DNA of 63,613 bases, the filler included, from Candidatus Woesearchaeota archaeon (lineage in GTDB: Archaea; Nanobdellota; Nanobdellia; Woesearchaeales; BM511): NCBI GenBank assembly GCA_023266675.1. It is 4 parts of 4 records of this genome, joined end to end, with 100 filler letters (N's around TTAATTAATTAA, not from the genome) between each part and the next. Parts side by side here need not be neighbours in the genome. Positions count along the whole stretch, not along the records: positions 45,740 to 63,613 come from JAHFPP010000021.1; 3 more parts are not named here. One strand, given 5' to 3'. Positions within the stretch are counted from its first letter, which is position 1; each line of letters opens with the position of its first letter. Position numbers and translations under genes: made by a program. The notes under the pieces are model-generated. The model saw nothing but the letters and a program-made list of their open reading frames with translations, searched no databases and had not been told where the DNA came from. Below, one piece after another: positions 49,436 through 58,825 of this stretch.

Positions 49436-49570
49436 TTTTTCACCTTATCATCTATATTTTAATTAAATTTTTATCTTATTATTCTAAAAGATATATGTCA
49501 CTATTGTTTATTAAGTTATCTCTCTTTAAACATATGATATCTGTTTAAAATATTAAAAAAATAAAATAAA

Positions 49571-50185
49571 TTAAAAGTTATGTGCAAGTTCCTTTATCTT
49601 TGGCAGAAGGTCATTTACTTTGGTGTCTGCACCAGGCATTGCACTTCCTTCAATTACAAGGCTTTTCTGGTCTTTGATTCCTATGAATCCAAATACGTTT
49701 TCAAGGTATTTTATCTGCATCTCCATCTTTGACATTGGGCCGTCATATCCCATGCCGCCGCGTGCTCCAAAGAAAATTATCTTTTTTCCTTTAACAAGCC
49801 CTTCAACTCCGTCTTTAGTGTATGCAAAAGTTCGTCCAGGTATTATTATCATATCAATGTATGCCTTTAATACTGCTGGTATGCTGAAATTCCACATAGG
49901 AGCTACAAGAACTATCTTGTCTGCACTCATGAACTGGTCTACTAGCGCGTTTCTTTCTTTGCTTTTAGCAGCTTCTTCTTTATTTAGGTCTTTTCCGCCT
50001 TTGATGTAAACTGCAGAATGATCATCCATATCATAAAACCTTATTTTATGTGTGTTTAAATCAAGAGTTTCAACAGTGTCCTTTGGATTCTTTTTTTTAT
50101 ATTCGTCAACAAAAGAGTTTCCAAGCTTTAAGCTAAAACTTCCGCTGTAATTTAATCCTGATATAATAAATAAAACTTTTTTCAT
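49571..50185 (-). CDS. azoR: FMN-dependent NADH-azoreductase
   Basis: PMWNFSIPAVLKAYID, GRTFAYT-G-EGL. Confidence 0.85.
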   Translation of the reverse strand: MKKVLFIISGLNYSGSFSLKLGNSFVDEYKKKNPKDTVETLDLNTHKIRFYDMDDHSAVYIKGGKDLNKEEAAKSKERNALVDQFMSADKIVLVAPMWNFSIPAVLKAYIDMIIIPGRTFAYTKDGVEGLVKGKKIIFFGARGGMGYDGPMSKMEMQIKYLENVFGFIGIKDQKSLVIEGSAMPGADTKVNDLLPKIKELAHNF

Positions 50186-50256
50186 AGTATCACCTAATCT
50201 GGGAGATTTGTCCACTATTTTTAAAGATGCTCTTTAATAAGTATTAATCTTCTTTT

Positions 50257-50598
50257 CTAACTCTTTCTGCTTCTTTTTGCTTTTGGGTTAAATTCAAGGC
50301 AAAGGTTTATCCAGTGCTCTAAATCCTTATCTAGGTCAACTGCGAAAGCTTCAACAAAAAAGAATCCTATCATGGGTTTTCCTGTTATATTCAATTCGCT
50401 ACAACCTTTGATTTTAAGGGATTTCTCATGAAGATTTGGGTTGATTCTTGCAAGAAGTCGGTCCTTTGAGACGCACATGCAAAGTTTATCGTCAACCATA
50501 AAGCAAAGGCCGCCCATCATTCGCTTCTTCTCAAATGAGATGTTGCTGTCTTTTAGAAATATTTCAATTCTCTCAGCCAGATATTCGTCGTATGCCAT
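50257..50598 (-). CDS. TfoX/Sxy N-terminal family protein
   Basis: MAYDE-LAERI, KRMMGGLCFMV. Confidence 0.8.
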   Translation of the reverse strand: MAYDEYLAERIEIFLKDSNISFEKKRMMGGLCFMVDDKLCMCVSKDRLLARINPNLHEKSLKIKGCSELNITGKPMIGFFFVEAFAVDLDKDLEHWINLCLEFNPKAKRSRKS

Positions 50599-50715
50599 TT
50601 TATAAAATCAAATATTGGAAAGTTTTAAATTAACTTGTTTTAAATTCATAATATTTTAACAATAAACATAAATAACATATAATCTTATCCTTATAATTAT
50701 TAATTTGGTGAAAAG

Positions 50716-50901
50716 ATGAAATGCGCCTTATGCAAAAAAACAATATCAAACTATAACGCTGATTTTAACAATCTGAAAATTAATGAAATAGATTCTGCAG
50801 ACTTTTGTCAGGAGTGTATTGACAAATTTATAAAGTGGCAACAAAACTTATTTGTTCGCCTTTTTCCAACAAAAACTTTGAAAAAGATATATAAAAAATA
50901 A
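50716..50901 (+). CDS. Small zinc-binding protein
   Basis: CALC...CQEC; GGTGA RBS. Confidence 0.6.
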   Translation: MKCALCKKTISNYNADFNNLKINEIDSADFCQECIDKFIKWQQNLFVRLFPTKTLKKIYKK

Positions 50902-50992
50902 ACAAGTTAATCTAAAAAAATTCTGTAATCCAAATTAATATAGTGCTTTTTTTTAAATACATTTAAAAATAACACAAAATTATTGTTTTATT

Positions 50993-51607
50993 ATGAAACT
51001 AATTATAATATTCGCAATGCTTTTGATATTTATCGGAGGCTGCTCAAAAGTGCAGGAATCTCAATTAGAGCCAACACCAAATGCAAGCAATAATATTTCA
51101 GGAACTCTGGCGTTAATACTTAGTGAAAAAGAAATTTCTCAGCTTGGAATGACAAGCGAAATTAATGAACAAGACCTTGTGCAGCTTGGACTGAATAACG
51201 GAACCAATTGCAGGACAGACGAAGATTATACCAACGTTGTTGATTCATCACGCGGAGCATATACTCTTTGTGTTTACAACATTAAAAGTTTGAATAATAC
51301 TCAGCTAATTATTGAATTGACAAAATTTACAAATTACGAAGCCCTAAATGGCTCATATGGGTATTCATCATCACACCTGTTTGGGGCAAAGGGACTAATA
51401 AGCGAGAATGATTTTGGAGACCAGAGCAGATTCCATGTAAGCGATCCATCTGATTACGGCGGAGAGTTCAATAAACCAAATGAATACTATTACAATCTTT
51501 ATTTCACAAAAGAATTATATCTTATCCATATCACCTCTGGTAAAGATAAGGAAGCAAAAGACTATATTTTAAAAATTGGGCGAAAGATTCTCTCAAAATT
51601 TGAATAA
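50993..51607 (+). CDS. Lipoprotein
   Basis: IGGC lipobox. Confidence 0.65.
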   Translation: MKLIIIFAMLLIFIGGCSKVQESQLEPTPNASNNISGTLALILSEKEISQLGMTSEINEQDLVQLGLNNGTNCRTDEDYTNVVDSSRGAYTLCVYNIKSLNNTQLIIELTKFTNYEALNGSYGYSSSHLFGAKGLISENDFGDQSRFHVSDPSDYGGEFNKPNEYYYNLYFTKELYLIHITSGKDKEAKDYILKIGRKILSKFE

Positions 51608-51725
51608 AATAATATATTCAAATAATTAAATAGCTAATTACGCCATCATTTATTTTAACAAACAACTGGTTAGTTATCTTATGTTTTAACACAAAAATTA
51701 TAAATTAAATCTATTTATTCTATTT

Positions 51726-52316
51726 ATGAATCATATCAAAACGTTTTCATCAATTATCTTATTATTTATTGTTATATCTATAAGTGCATGTACAAATCAA
51801 AATAATGATTCTGAGATAAATGCTAAAAAAACTATTATTGATGAAATAAACCGATTAAATTCTTTAAATTCAAATGAATCTATTAAAACAGGAGATTTCC
51901 TAAAACTAGAAGGGTTGCTTTCAAAAGATGAGAATGCTTTAGATGAGATAAATGAAATAAAAGTAATGGTAAAATATGAAGAGTATTATCATGTATATCA
52001 CGGACTCGGTTTTCTTACTGATTACATAAAATCAGGAAAAAAGACTTTATGTCCGGGGCATTCGCTTTCCCATTATTATGTATTCATAAGGCATAATGAG
52101 ACAGATTTAGCAAATGACAATTTTAAAGAAGCAAAAGATGTTTTTCAAAAGTGGATACCTTTGGCAAAAGCTTATGCTGCTAATAATAAAATTCTTAATT
52201 TTGACAATTCAGTTTTAAGAATACAAAATGATATAAACAATATTTATTCTGGAAATATTACAGGAAGTGACGAAGAGATAGAGTGGCTTTCTTCAGACGG
52301 GAGCATATGTGTTTAA
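51726..52316 (+). CDS. Lipoprotein
   Basis: ISAC lipobox. Confidence 0.65.
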   Translation: MNHIKTFSSIILLFIVISISACTNQNNDSEINAKKTIIDEINRLNSLNSNESIKTGDFLKLEGLLSKDENALDEINEIKVMVKYEEYYHVYHGLGFLTDYIKSGKKTLCPGHSLSHYYVFIRHNETDLANDNFKEAKDVFQKWIPLAKAYAANNKILNFDNSVLRIQNDINNIYSGNITGSDEEIEWLSSDGSICV

Positions 52317-52427
52317 AAATTAATAAATCATAATACTCATTATTTATACCGCTAGTATCCCATGACTACATTTTATTACAAACGTGTATAAACTGAAATT
52401 TCTAAAAGCTGAAGAATTGAATATTTA

Positions 52428-52859
52428 TCAATAAACTTTTTTCTCAACAATTTTTTGAAGCTTATCTAAAACCTGTTCGTTTGAAGGTTTGACTATGTGT
52501 GCAACATTTTTAGCAACTTCTTCGCTGTCAAACTCTTGCAGAAAAGTTACCAATGCGCCATCTTTAATGTCCTCAATTGTTATTGTCGCTGTAAAGTACG
52601 GCTGAACACTGTGACGCATGACAAGTTTACCTGGTTTTTTAATCTCCTGAAATATCATCTCATTTGGATAGTCTTTCCCGTCCGGTCCATGCATTGTAAA
52701 TACCCATTTGCCATTTTCTTTGAATTCGAATGTTCTGGATGTATTTGTGAATCCATCTGGCCCCCACCATTTATTTAAAATTGTGATATTTTCAAATGCT
52801 TTAAAAACCTCTTTAGAAGATGCTTTGATTTTTCTTTGATGTTTAAATGATTTCATCAT
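52428..52859 (-). CDS. SRPBCC/AHSA1 domain protein
   Basis: WWGPDGF, GKWVFTMHGPDG. Confidence 0.85.
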   Translation of the reverse strand: MMKSFKHQRKIKASSKEVFKAFENITILNKWWGPDGFTNTSRTFEFKENGKWVFTMHGPDGKDYPNEMIFQEIKKPGKLVMRHSVQPYFTATITIEDIKDGALVTFLQEFDSEEVAKNVAHIVKPSNEQVLDKLQKIVEKKVY

Positions 52860-53100
52860 CTTATTATACTTAATGTATTCTATAAAAATTTTTCCTTTAA
52901 TAAAATTTTATATCTTTATAATTAAATGAAACTTCATCGACATAATATCTATATATGAACTTTAAGACAATTGCGCGAAATTATCAAAGATTTAGACGAG
53001 TAAATTTTATAGTCGATAGAACTTCTCTATACATTCAAATTACAAAAAATCAAGCATGGTCCTACTAGAATTTAATAAATTCTATCGATGAGATGAGGAA

Positions 53101-53517
53101 TTACTTCTTTGGGAATTTGCTTTCATCCATATAAAATATTTCCCATTGATGTCCATCTAAATCTTCAAAACTTCTTTGATACATATACCCGTAGTCATCT
53201 GGTTTTCTATACTCTCTGCCGCCTGCTTTAATTGCAGTGTTTACTAGTTCATCCACTTTTTTTCTGCTTGTTAACATTAATGCCGTTATTACCTCTGTAT
53301 TCTTCTTTGCATTAACTAACTTCTTATCGGTAAATCTCTGGAAAAACTTCTCTACTAAAAGCATAACACAAAAATCTTTCCCAACAATCATACAAGTAGC
53401 GTTTTTATCAGTAAATTTTGGATTAAATGTAAACTTGAGTTTTGTAAAAAATTTAATGGATTTATTCAAATCCTTGACAGGTAAATTAACAAACATTTTT
53501 TTATCTGATTTTTTCAT
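53101..53517 (-). CDS. VOC/glyoxalase family protein
   Basis: FVNLPVKDL, FEDLDGHQWEI; likely ATG 53517. Confidence 0.85.
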   Translation of the reverse strand: MKKSDKKMFVNLPVKDLNKSIKFFTKLKFTFNPKFTDKNATCMIVGKDFCVMLLVEKFFQRFTDKKLVNAKKNTEVITALMLTSRKKVDELVNTAIKAGGREYRKPDDYGYMYQRSFEDLDGHQWEIFYMDESKFPKK

Positions 53518-53633
53518 TTTTGTCTCCAAACTTATAAAATAAAGGATTAAACCATTAATAAGGTTATTGTTTAAGTTAGAATATTTAAGAATAATTATAT
53601 AATAACTTAATTCTATTATAAAAATAAATAAAT

Positions 53634-54050
53634 TCAATCAACATTAACATATGGATACGTTTCAATGTATTTCTCGTCATTACATCCATAATAAGTTACG
53701 CTTCTTTTGATAAAATCAACATCATAACGAACCACGCCGGCTTGCCATGATGCTGCAAGAAACTCAGGAAACGTGGTCTTGCCTGCTTGGTCATTTCGTA
53801 AAGCTATTATTAAAGACTTAGAGTCAAACTTTGGAATCTCAACAGTTCCTGTAATAAGTGGGGTACCTTGAACCATCACATTACCTTTACTTGTTAAAAA
53901 AAGACTTTGACACGATGGTAAAAACCAGATATTTTTTGTAACACCTGCGCATCTTAAAGTTTCAGCTAGATACGGAAACCCTCCTACTTTTGGTCGCTTA
54001 GCTACACCTTTTCTTTGTGCAAGCTCAAGATTTTTAATCGCTTCACTCAT
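53634..54050 (-). CDS. DUF1398-like protein
   Basis: RPKVGGFPYLAETLR, DQAGKTTFPEF, AGVVRY. Confidence 0.75.
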   Translation of the reverse strand: MSEAIKNLELAQRKGVAKRPKVGGFPYLAETLRCAGVTKNIWFLPSCQSLFLTSKGNVMVQGTPLITGTVEIPKFDSKSLIIALRNDQAGKTTFPEFLAASWQAGVVRYDVDFIKRSVTYYGCNDEKYIETYPYVNVD

Positions 54051-54354
54051 GTATTAATTTAAATCACAAACCCTTTTTATTCTTTATGTTTTATAGAACA
54101 CTTTTCTAATTTCTCTAAATCTAAAACAAACATGTTAAACTTCTTAATTTATGAAAAAATATAAGAAAATTAATCAATTAGCTCTAATTTAAGGACATAA
54201 ATATAAAGTAGCCCCGCTCGGACGATAGCTGTTTTGTGTCCAGTGCCCTAATTTAACAAATTTTTATTGCACTTTTCTGATATCAGGAAAACAAATCTAA
54301 TATATAAAAATTACTTAAATGAATTAAAGAATTCCATTTCGTCAGAAATTATGT

Positions 54355-54501
54355 TTATTTTGTTTTTCTTCTTTTTTGGATGATTTTTGTAAAGTCTTTT
54401 TCAGTTATTCCTTTTTTCTTAAGTCTTGCTGTAGCTTCTTCTGCGATGCTATCAAGATTTGAAAAAAGCTTCTTTTTTGATGATATTCTTGTTGTTTTCA
54501 T
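54355..54501 (-). CDS. 48-aa protein resembling the antitoxin C-terminus
   Basis: MKTTRISSKKKLFSNLDSIAEEATARLKKKGITEKDFTKIIQKRRKTK; starts 2 nt after the toxin stop. Confidence 0.55.
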   Translation of the reverse strand: MKTTRISSKKKLFSNLDSIAEEATARLKKKGITEKDFTKIIQKRRKTK

Positions 54502-54503
54502 TT

Positions 54504-54917
54504 TTAATCTATTAATTTTAAAAATTCTTCAGGTTTCAATATCTTTATTCCTTCAAATTCTTTAATTTTGAGTAGATGCTTGTCATTTGATACAATATAA
54601 TCTGCTCTTCCTTCTTTTGCACATTCAAGTATCATATCGTCGTTAGGGTCGTCTTTAACAATTTGAAGTTTTACCTTTGGTTCAACAAATGACGCTATCG
54701 CTGTAATCTTTTCAACTGTCCTATTCATTTCCAAATTTTTGTTTTTAATCTTTTGTTGAATCTCGGGATAATTCAACACTTTTACAAATTCATCCATAAT
54801 ATTTTTAGATAAAACAAGATTAACTTCTTTTTTCTCTGCTTTCTCAATTATCTTGTCTGATGCTCCGTTCCAAAATGTAGCAGAAACCAAAATATTTGTG
54901 TCAACAGTGAGTTTCAT
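54504..54917 (-). CDS. PIN-domain toxin (VapC-like)
   Basis: VDTNILVSA, DDPNDD, IVSNDKHLL. Confidence 0.9.
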   Translation of the reverse strand: MKLTVDTNILVSATFWNGASDKIIEKAEKKEVNLVLSKNIMDEFVKVLNYPEIQQKIKNKNLEMNRTVEKITAIASFVEPKVKLQIVKDDPNDDMILECAKEGRADYIVSNDKHLLKIKEFEGIKILKPEEFLKLID

Positions 54918-55174
54918 TTTCTTTCTTTTCGCATTTGATGAATCATATCGGGAATATCTGATTCTTTTAGTCCGCTTTTCTTTACTGCTTCTTTTAATGG
55001 TTTTGTTATTTCTGCAAAAGTTTGCATATTAACTCTTTTAATTAAAAGTGAATCATCTGACATTACAAATAATACTTTGCTTCCTTCTTTTAGTCCCATA
55101 CCCTCTCTGATATCTGTTGGTATGACAATTTGACCTCTTGAACTCATAGTTCCCATTTCAATTAATTCTGACAT
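54914..55174 (-). CDS. AbrB/MazE/SpoVT antitoxin
   Basis: SSRGQIVIPTDIRE-GLKEG; overlaps the toxin start. Confidence 0.9.
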   Translation of the reverse strand: MSELIEMGTMSSRGQIVIPTDIREGMGLKEGSKVLFVMSDDSLLIKRVNMQTFAEITKPLKEAVKKSGLKESDIPDMIHQMRKERK

Positions 55175-55368
55175 ATTAATACCTCCAATAGCTATATCTT
55201 ATTAGTAAGTTGAATCTTATTTATAAACTTTTGTTTACAAACCTATTTTTTATGAAATTACTCTTAATTTATAAAAAAAGTAATAGCCCTAATTTGATTA
55301 GATTTGGTTTTTATTGAAAAAATTGTGTTTTTATCGTCGACAAAAGTTTTAGCCAATTTTAGAAAATA

Positions 55369-55480
55369 TAGCCCCGCTCGGATTTGAACCGAGGTCCTCG
55401 GATGTCTTTAATGGTTTATCATTTCTGACGAACCTGTTATTACCAAAGTCCGAGATGATTGGCCGCTACACTACGGGGCT
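55369..55480 (-). tRNA. tRNA-Gln(UUG) with 39-nt intron at 37/38 (55404-55442)
   Basis: AGCCCCGTAGTGTAGCGGCCAATCATCTCGGACTTTGG[intron]ATCCGAGGACCTCGGTTCAAATCCGAGCGGGGCTA. Confidence 0.93.
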
Positions 55481-55628
55481 GTGATATATACTCTAAGAAA
55501 AGGCATTCATTTAAATAAATTATGGTTGCTTTTCATCTTCACGTGCCAATGCAGTTTCTTCTCTTAAAATCGATATATTTATAATAACATGATAAACTTC
55601 CTGTCCAAAAGAGGCGGAGGGTGTTAAA

Positions 55629-55931
55629 ATGTACGAAAAAAGTGAAAAAACGTTTAAAATTGCAACAATAGTGCTTGCACTTGTTTTAGTTATTGTTCTA
55701 GGATACGTTGCATATGGTAAGTTTGAATCATACCAGACTAACAAGTTTGATGCTGTGTATAAACAGGGATTAATTGCAGGTGCAACAAATGCGGTCACTC
55801 AGATATTTCTGCTTACTGAGAATTGCGCAGTTGTACCTTTGACTCTGGCAAACAATACACGAAATATTGCGGACGCAGCATGTATACAAAAGGCTATACA
55901 GCAAGGAGCAGCTTCGCAAGCGAAAACTTAA
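55629..55931 (+). CDS. Membrane-anchored hypothetical protein
   Basis: GGAGG RBS, N-terminal TM. Confidence 0.65.
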   Translation: MYEKSEKTFKIATIVLALVLVIVLGYVAYGKFESYQTNKFDAVYKQGLIAGATNAVTQIFLLTENCAVVPLTLANNTRNIADAACIQKAIQQGAASQAKT

Positions 55932-56046
55932 ATTTTATATTTTTTCTTAAATCTTTTTTGTATTTATTTTAACCATTTTCTAGTACACACAAATATGTTC
56001 ATGATTTACCGCAATATATATAAACCATTTATAACACAATTTGGTT

Positions 56047-56544
56047 ATGGAACTTCTGTTCAAGCACAAACAAGTAACAAGTTATATGACTCCCGACGTG
56101 AGAACTCTTGAGGATAAAGAAACTGTTTTTAACGCCGTTGAGACGATGGTTCATTATAACATAAGCTGCATAGTCATAACGAGGGATAAAAAAGCTGTAG
56201 GTATAATCACTGAAAGGGATATCATCCGTCGGGTTATTCTTGAGAACAAGGATTTTAAGAGGGTAAGAATTAGGGAAGTGATGTCAAGCCCGCTTATCTC
56301 AAAGCCTTCAAATACCAGGATTAATGACGTTATTGAGCTTATGAGCAGGTACGCAATAAGGAGGCTTGTAATTGTTGATGATGACACTATAAAAGGTGTT
56401 ATAACACACACAGACATAGTAAGGATGTCAAACAAATACATTGAAATAATTGAAATAGTAAAACTTTATTTTTACGTATTGATAGGTATAGGGATTATTT
56501 CATCAACATACCTACTGCTAAGGCTATGGATTTACAAATGGTAA
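56047..56544 (+). CDS. CBS-pair protein with C-terminal TM
   Basis: VGIITERDI, GVITHTDI. Confidence 0.85.
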   Translation: MELLFKHKQVTSYMTPDVRTLEDKETVFNAVETMVHYNISCIVITRDKKAVGIITERDIIRRVILENKDFKRVRIREVMSSPLISKPSNTRINDVIELMSRYAIRRLVIVDDDTIKGVITHTDIVRMSNKYIEIIEIVKLYFYVLIGIGIISSTYLLLRLWIYKW

Positions 56545-57278
56545 AGTTCATCTTCAAACTGATACTTGAAACATTAAAACCCTTTAGATACAGGGGTTTA
56601 ACTCAGCGTTCAATCATAAAGGCTTTCTTCTTCTTTTTGTATTTGTCACTTATTTACGTGTTAATTATGGGGCTAGTCAATATTCCAAGATACTACTCAA
56701 ACTACAAGGAAATTGGCACAAACGTGTCAAGCATCAACAAGTTTTCAATAAATGTTGACATAGAGACAAACCAGCCTATTGTGGTATCAAAAACACCGTA
56801 TATACTCATAGATACCTCCGCTAATCGTTCGCTTGGCTCAAAAGAGGACTTGCTACTGACAAAAGATACAGCATACAGCAAAATAATGTTTTGGACAAAG
56901 AAAATGGACTACACGCATTATGATGTGCTTTCTAATCTTAACAGTATAAAACGAAACACGTTTTTATTAATGTTAATATTCATACCAACACTTTTAGTGA
57001 TAGCATACCTTATAACGTTGATTAAATATTTCCTGATAATCTTACTCTTTACCATAATTGCAAGCATACTTACAATAATTCGGCGTGCAAGGATAACTGT
57101 GTTTGAAGTATTTAAGTCAGCAACATACGCAATATCTGTTTATTACATAGTGAATATTGCGTGCTCGCTTTTTGGCATAAAATACCTTGGCGTCATAGCG
57201 TACGCGATATTCTTTGTAGCAACATTATTTTTGATGAAAGAGGACACGTCAATAATAGATTCAAGCCTTGGTAAATGA
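56538..57278 (+). CDS. Membrane protein (DUF1189-like)
   Basis: TM, loop, multi-TM topology. Confidence 0.55.
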   Translation: MVKFIFKLILETLKPFRYRGLTQRSIIKAFFFFLYLSLIYVLIMGLVNIPRYYSNYKEIGTNVSSINKFSINVDIETNQPIVVSKTPYILIDTSANRSLGSKEDLLLTKDTAYSKIMFWTKKMDYTHYDVLSNLNSIKRNTFLLMLIFIPTLLVIAYLITLIKYFLIILLFTIIASILTIIRRARITVFEVFKSATYAISVYYIVNIACSLFGIKYLGVIAYAIFFVATLFLMKEDTSIIDSSLGK

Positions 57279-57281
57279 ATA

Positions 57282-57788
57282 ATGTCACGCGAAATCATCT
57301 TGTTATCCAAGCCTCACCAGACTGTTCTTGTGTCATGCAAAGGAACTTTTGACATGATGGGAAAGTCTAAAAACGTTGACAACCTTATAACAGTTGACTG
57401 GCACATGCCGTCATCAATTGAACCGCCATTGTATCTGATATCTATTGGCAGGAAAAGGTTTTCATTAAATTTAATCAAACAGACAAAGGTCTTCGCTGTC
57501 AACTTCATGCCTCACGGCTTTGAAAAGCAGGTGATGTTCTGCGGAGAGAATTCCGGAATGAAGACCGACAAGTATTCTGAGACTGGGCTTACGCCTTTAG
57601 AATGCGAGTCAATAGACTGCAAGATGGTCAAGGAAGCGTCCGCCGTCATTGAGTGCGAAGTCATTAACGATTTTGAAACAGGAGATCACATAGTCTTTGT
57701 AGGAAAAGTGCTTAAAACTCACAGCTTCAAAGAAGGCAAAAGAATACTGCACATCGGCGGCAACGAGTTCACGACAACGATGAGATAG
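57282..57788 (+). CDS. Flavin reductase family protein
   Basis: SIEPP, FAVNF, GDHIVFVGKV. Confidence 0.85.
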   Translation: MSREIILLSKPHQTVLVSCKGTFDMMGKSKNVDNLITVDWHMPSSIEPPLYLISIGRKRFSLNLIKQTKVFAVNFMPHGFEKQVMFCGENSGMKTDKYSETGLTPLECESIDCKMVKEASAVIECEVINDFETGDHIVFVGKVLKTHSFKEGKRILHIGGNEFTTTMR

Positions 57789-57806
57789 ATATTAACATAT
57801 CCTTAT

Positions 57807-58256
57807 TTATTCCAATCCTCTTTTAAAAATTAATTCGGGAGATAATAAATTAAACGCATTAACCAATCCATTATCTTTAAAATATCTTAATGTTTTATTT
57901 CTTGATTCTTCATTTGGAACCCAAATTCTATTAACAGGATATTCTGTTTCCTTAGAAATAATGGCAACAATATTTCCTTTTGAGAAATATACTTTTTCAT
58001 CAAGGTCAGCTTCTATTATCACAGGCATATGTACAAATTCACCTAATGGTGTTTCCATGCTTTTTTGCCAGGTATATCCCATTAACTTACCCGCTGTTTC
58101 GCACCCATGCAACAATGCATTGATTAATTCATTGGTAGCATATGTGTCTGTCAGAGGATGATTAGGTTGTTTCCATTTTTCATAAAAAAATCTTCCTTCG
58201 TTTTCTGTTAAACAAACTTTAACATTATTAAAAGTAGTGCCAGTATATATCCCCAT
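57807..58256 (-). CDS. Hypothetical protein
   Basis: 149-aa ORF. Confidence 0.55.
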   Translation of the reverse strand: MGIYTGTTFNNVKVCLTENEGRFFYEKWKQPNHPLTDTYATNELINALLHGCETAGKLMGYTWQKSMETPLGEFVHMPVIIEADLDEKVYFSKGNIVAIISKETEYPVNRIWVPNEESRNKTLRYFKDNGLVNAFNLLSPELIFKRGLE

Positions 58257-58404
58257 ATAAAATGGTAAATTTTACGTATATATATTATTATTCCATCCGT
58301 CACATTTATAAATACTCCATAATTTCTTTTGTTTACGAATTGCTGAGGCGCCGCAGTAGCGGTTTGCGAAGGAAAATCGCATAAATGCTTCGGGAGGAAA
58401 AAAA

Positions 58405-58794
58405 ATGGCAGAATTAAAACTTGTTATAGGAAACCCAAAGACAAAGAAGAGTCATCAGAAAGTTCTAAGCGCAGACGCTTCACAGTCACTCATGGGACTA
58501 AAAGTAGGCGAAAAATTCAAAGGAGAATTAATCGACTTGACAGGATACGAATTTGAAATAACCGGCGGTTCAGACTACTGCGGCTTTCCAATGCGTAAAG
58601 ACCTTTCAGGAACATTAAGAAAAAAGATCTTAGCAGTTTCAGGAATAGGAATCACAAAAGGAAGAGATGGTATGAGACAAAGAAAAACTGTTGCAGGAAA
58701 CACAATCTTTGACAAAACAGCCCAGGTAAACGTTAAAATCCTAAAAGAAGGAAAAGTACCACTTGAAGAAAAACCAAGCGAAGCAGCTAAATAA
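58405..58794 (+). CDS. rps6e: 30S ribosomal protein S6e
   Basis: ITGGSD-GFPMR, RKTVAGN. Confidence 0.95.
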   Translation: MAELKLVIGNPKTKKSHQKVLSADASQSLMGLKVGEKFKGELIDLTGYEFEITGGSDYCGFPMRKDLSGTLRKKILAVSGIGITKGRDGMRQRKTVAGNTIFDKTAQVNVKILKEGKVPLEEKPSEAAK

Positions 58795-58825
58795 ATATTG
58801 CATTTTTTAATGAGTGATTAAATAA

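Larger units (their letters stand above)
54209..55382. mobile_element. Islet integrated at tRNA-Gln (14-bp att direct repeat)
   Basis: TAGCCCCGCTCGGA at 54209-54222 and 55369-55382 (tRNA 3' end). Confidence 0.65.

Noticed and set aside
54338..55432. 12-bp inverted match between the tRNA intron (55421-55432) and 54338-54349
   Set aside because: A single short match with no supporting structure; plausibly chance.
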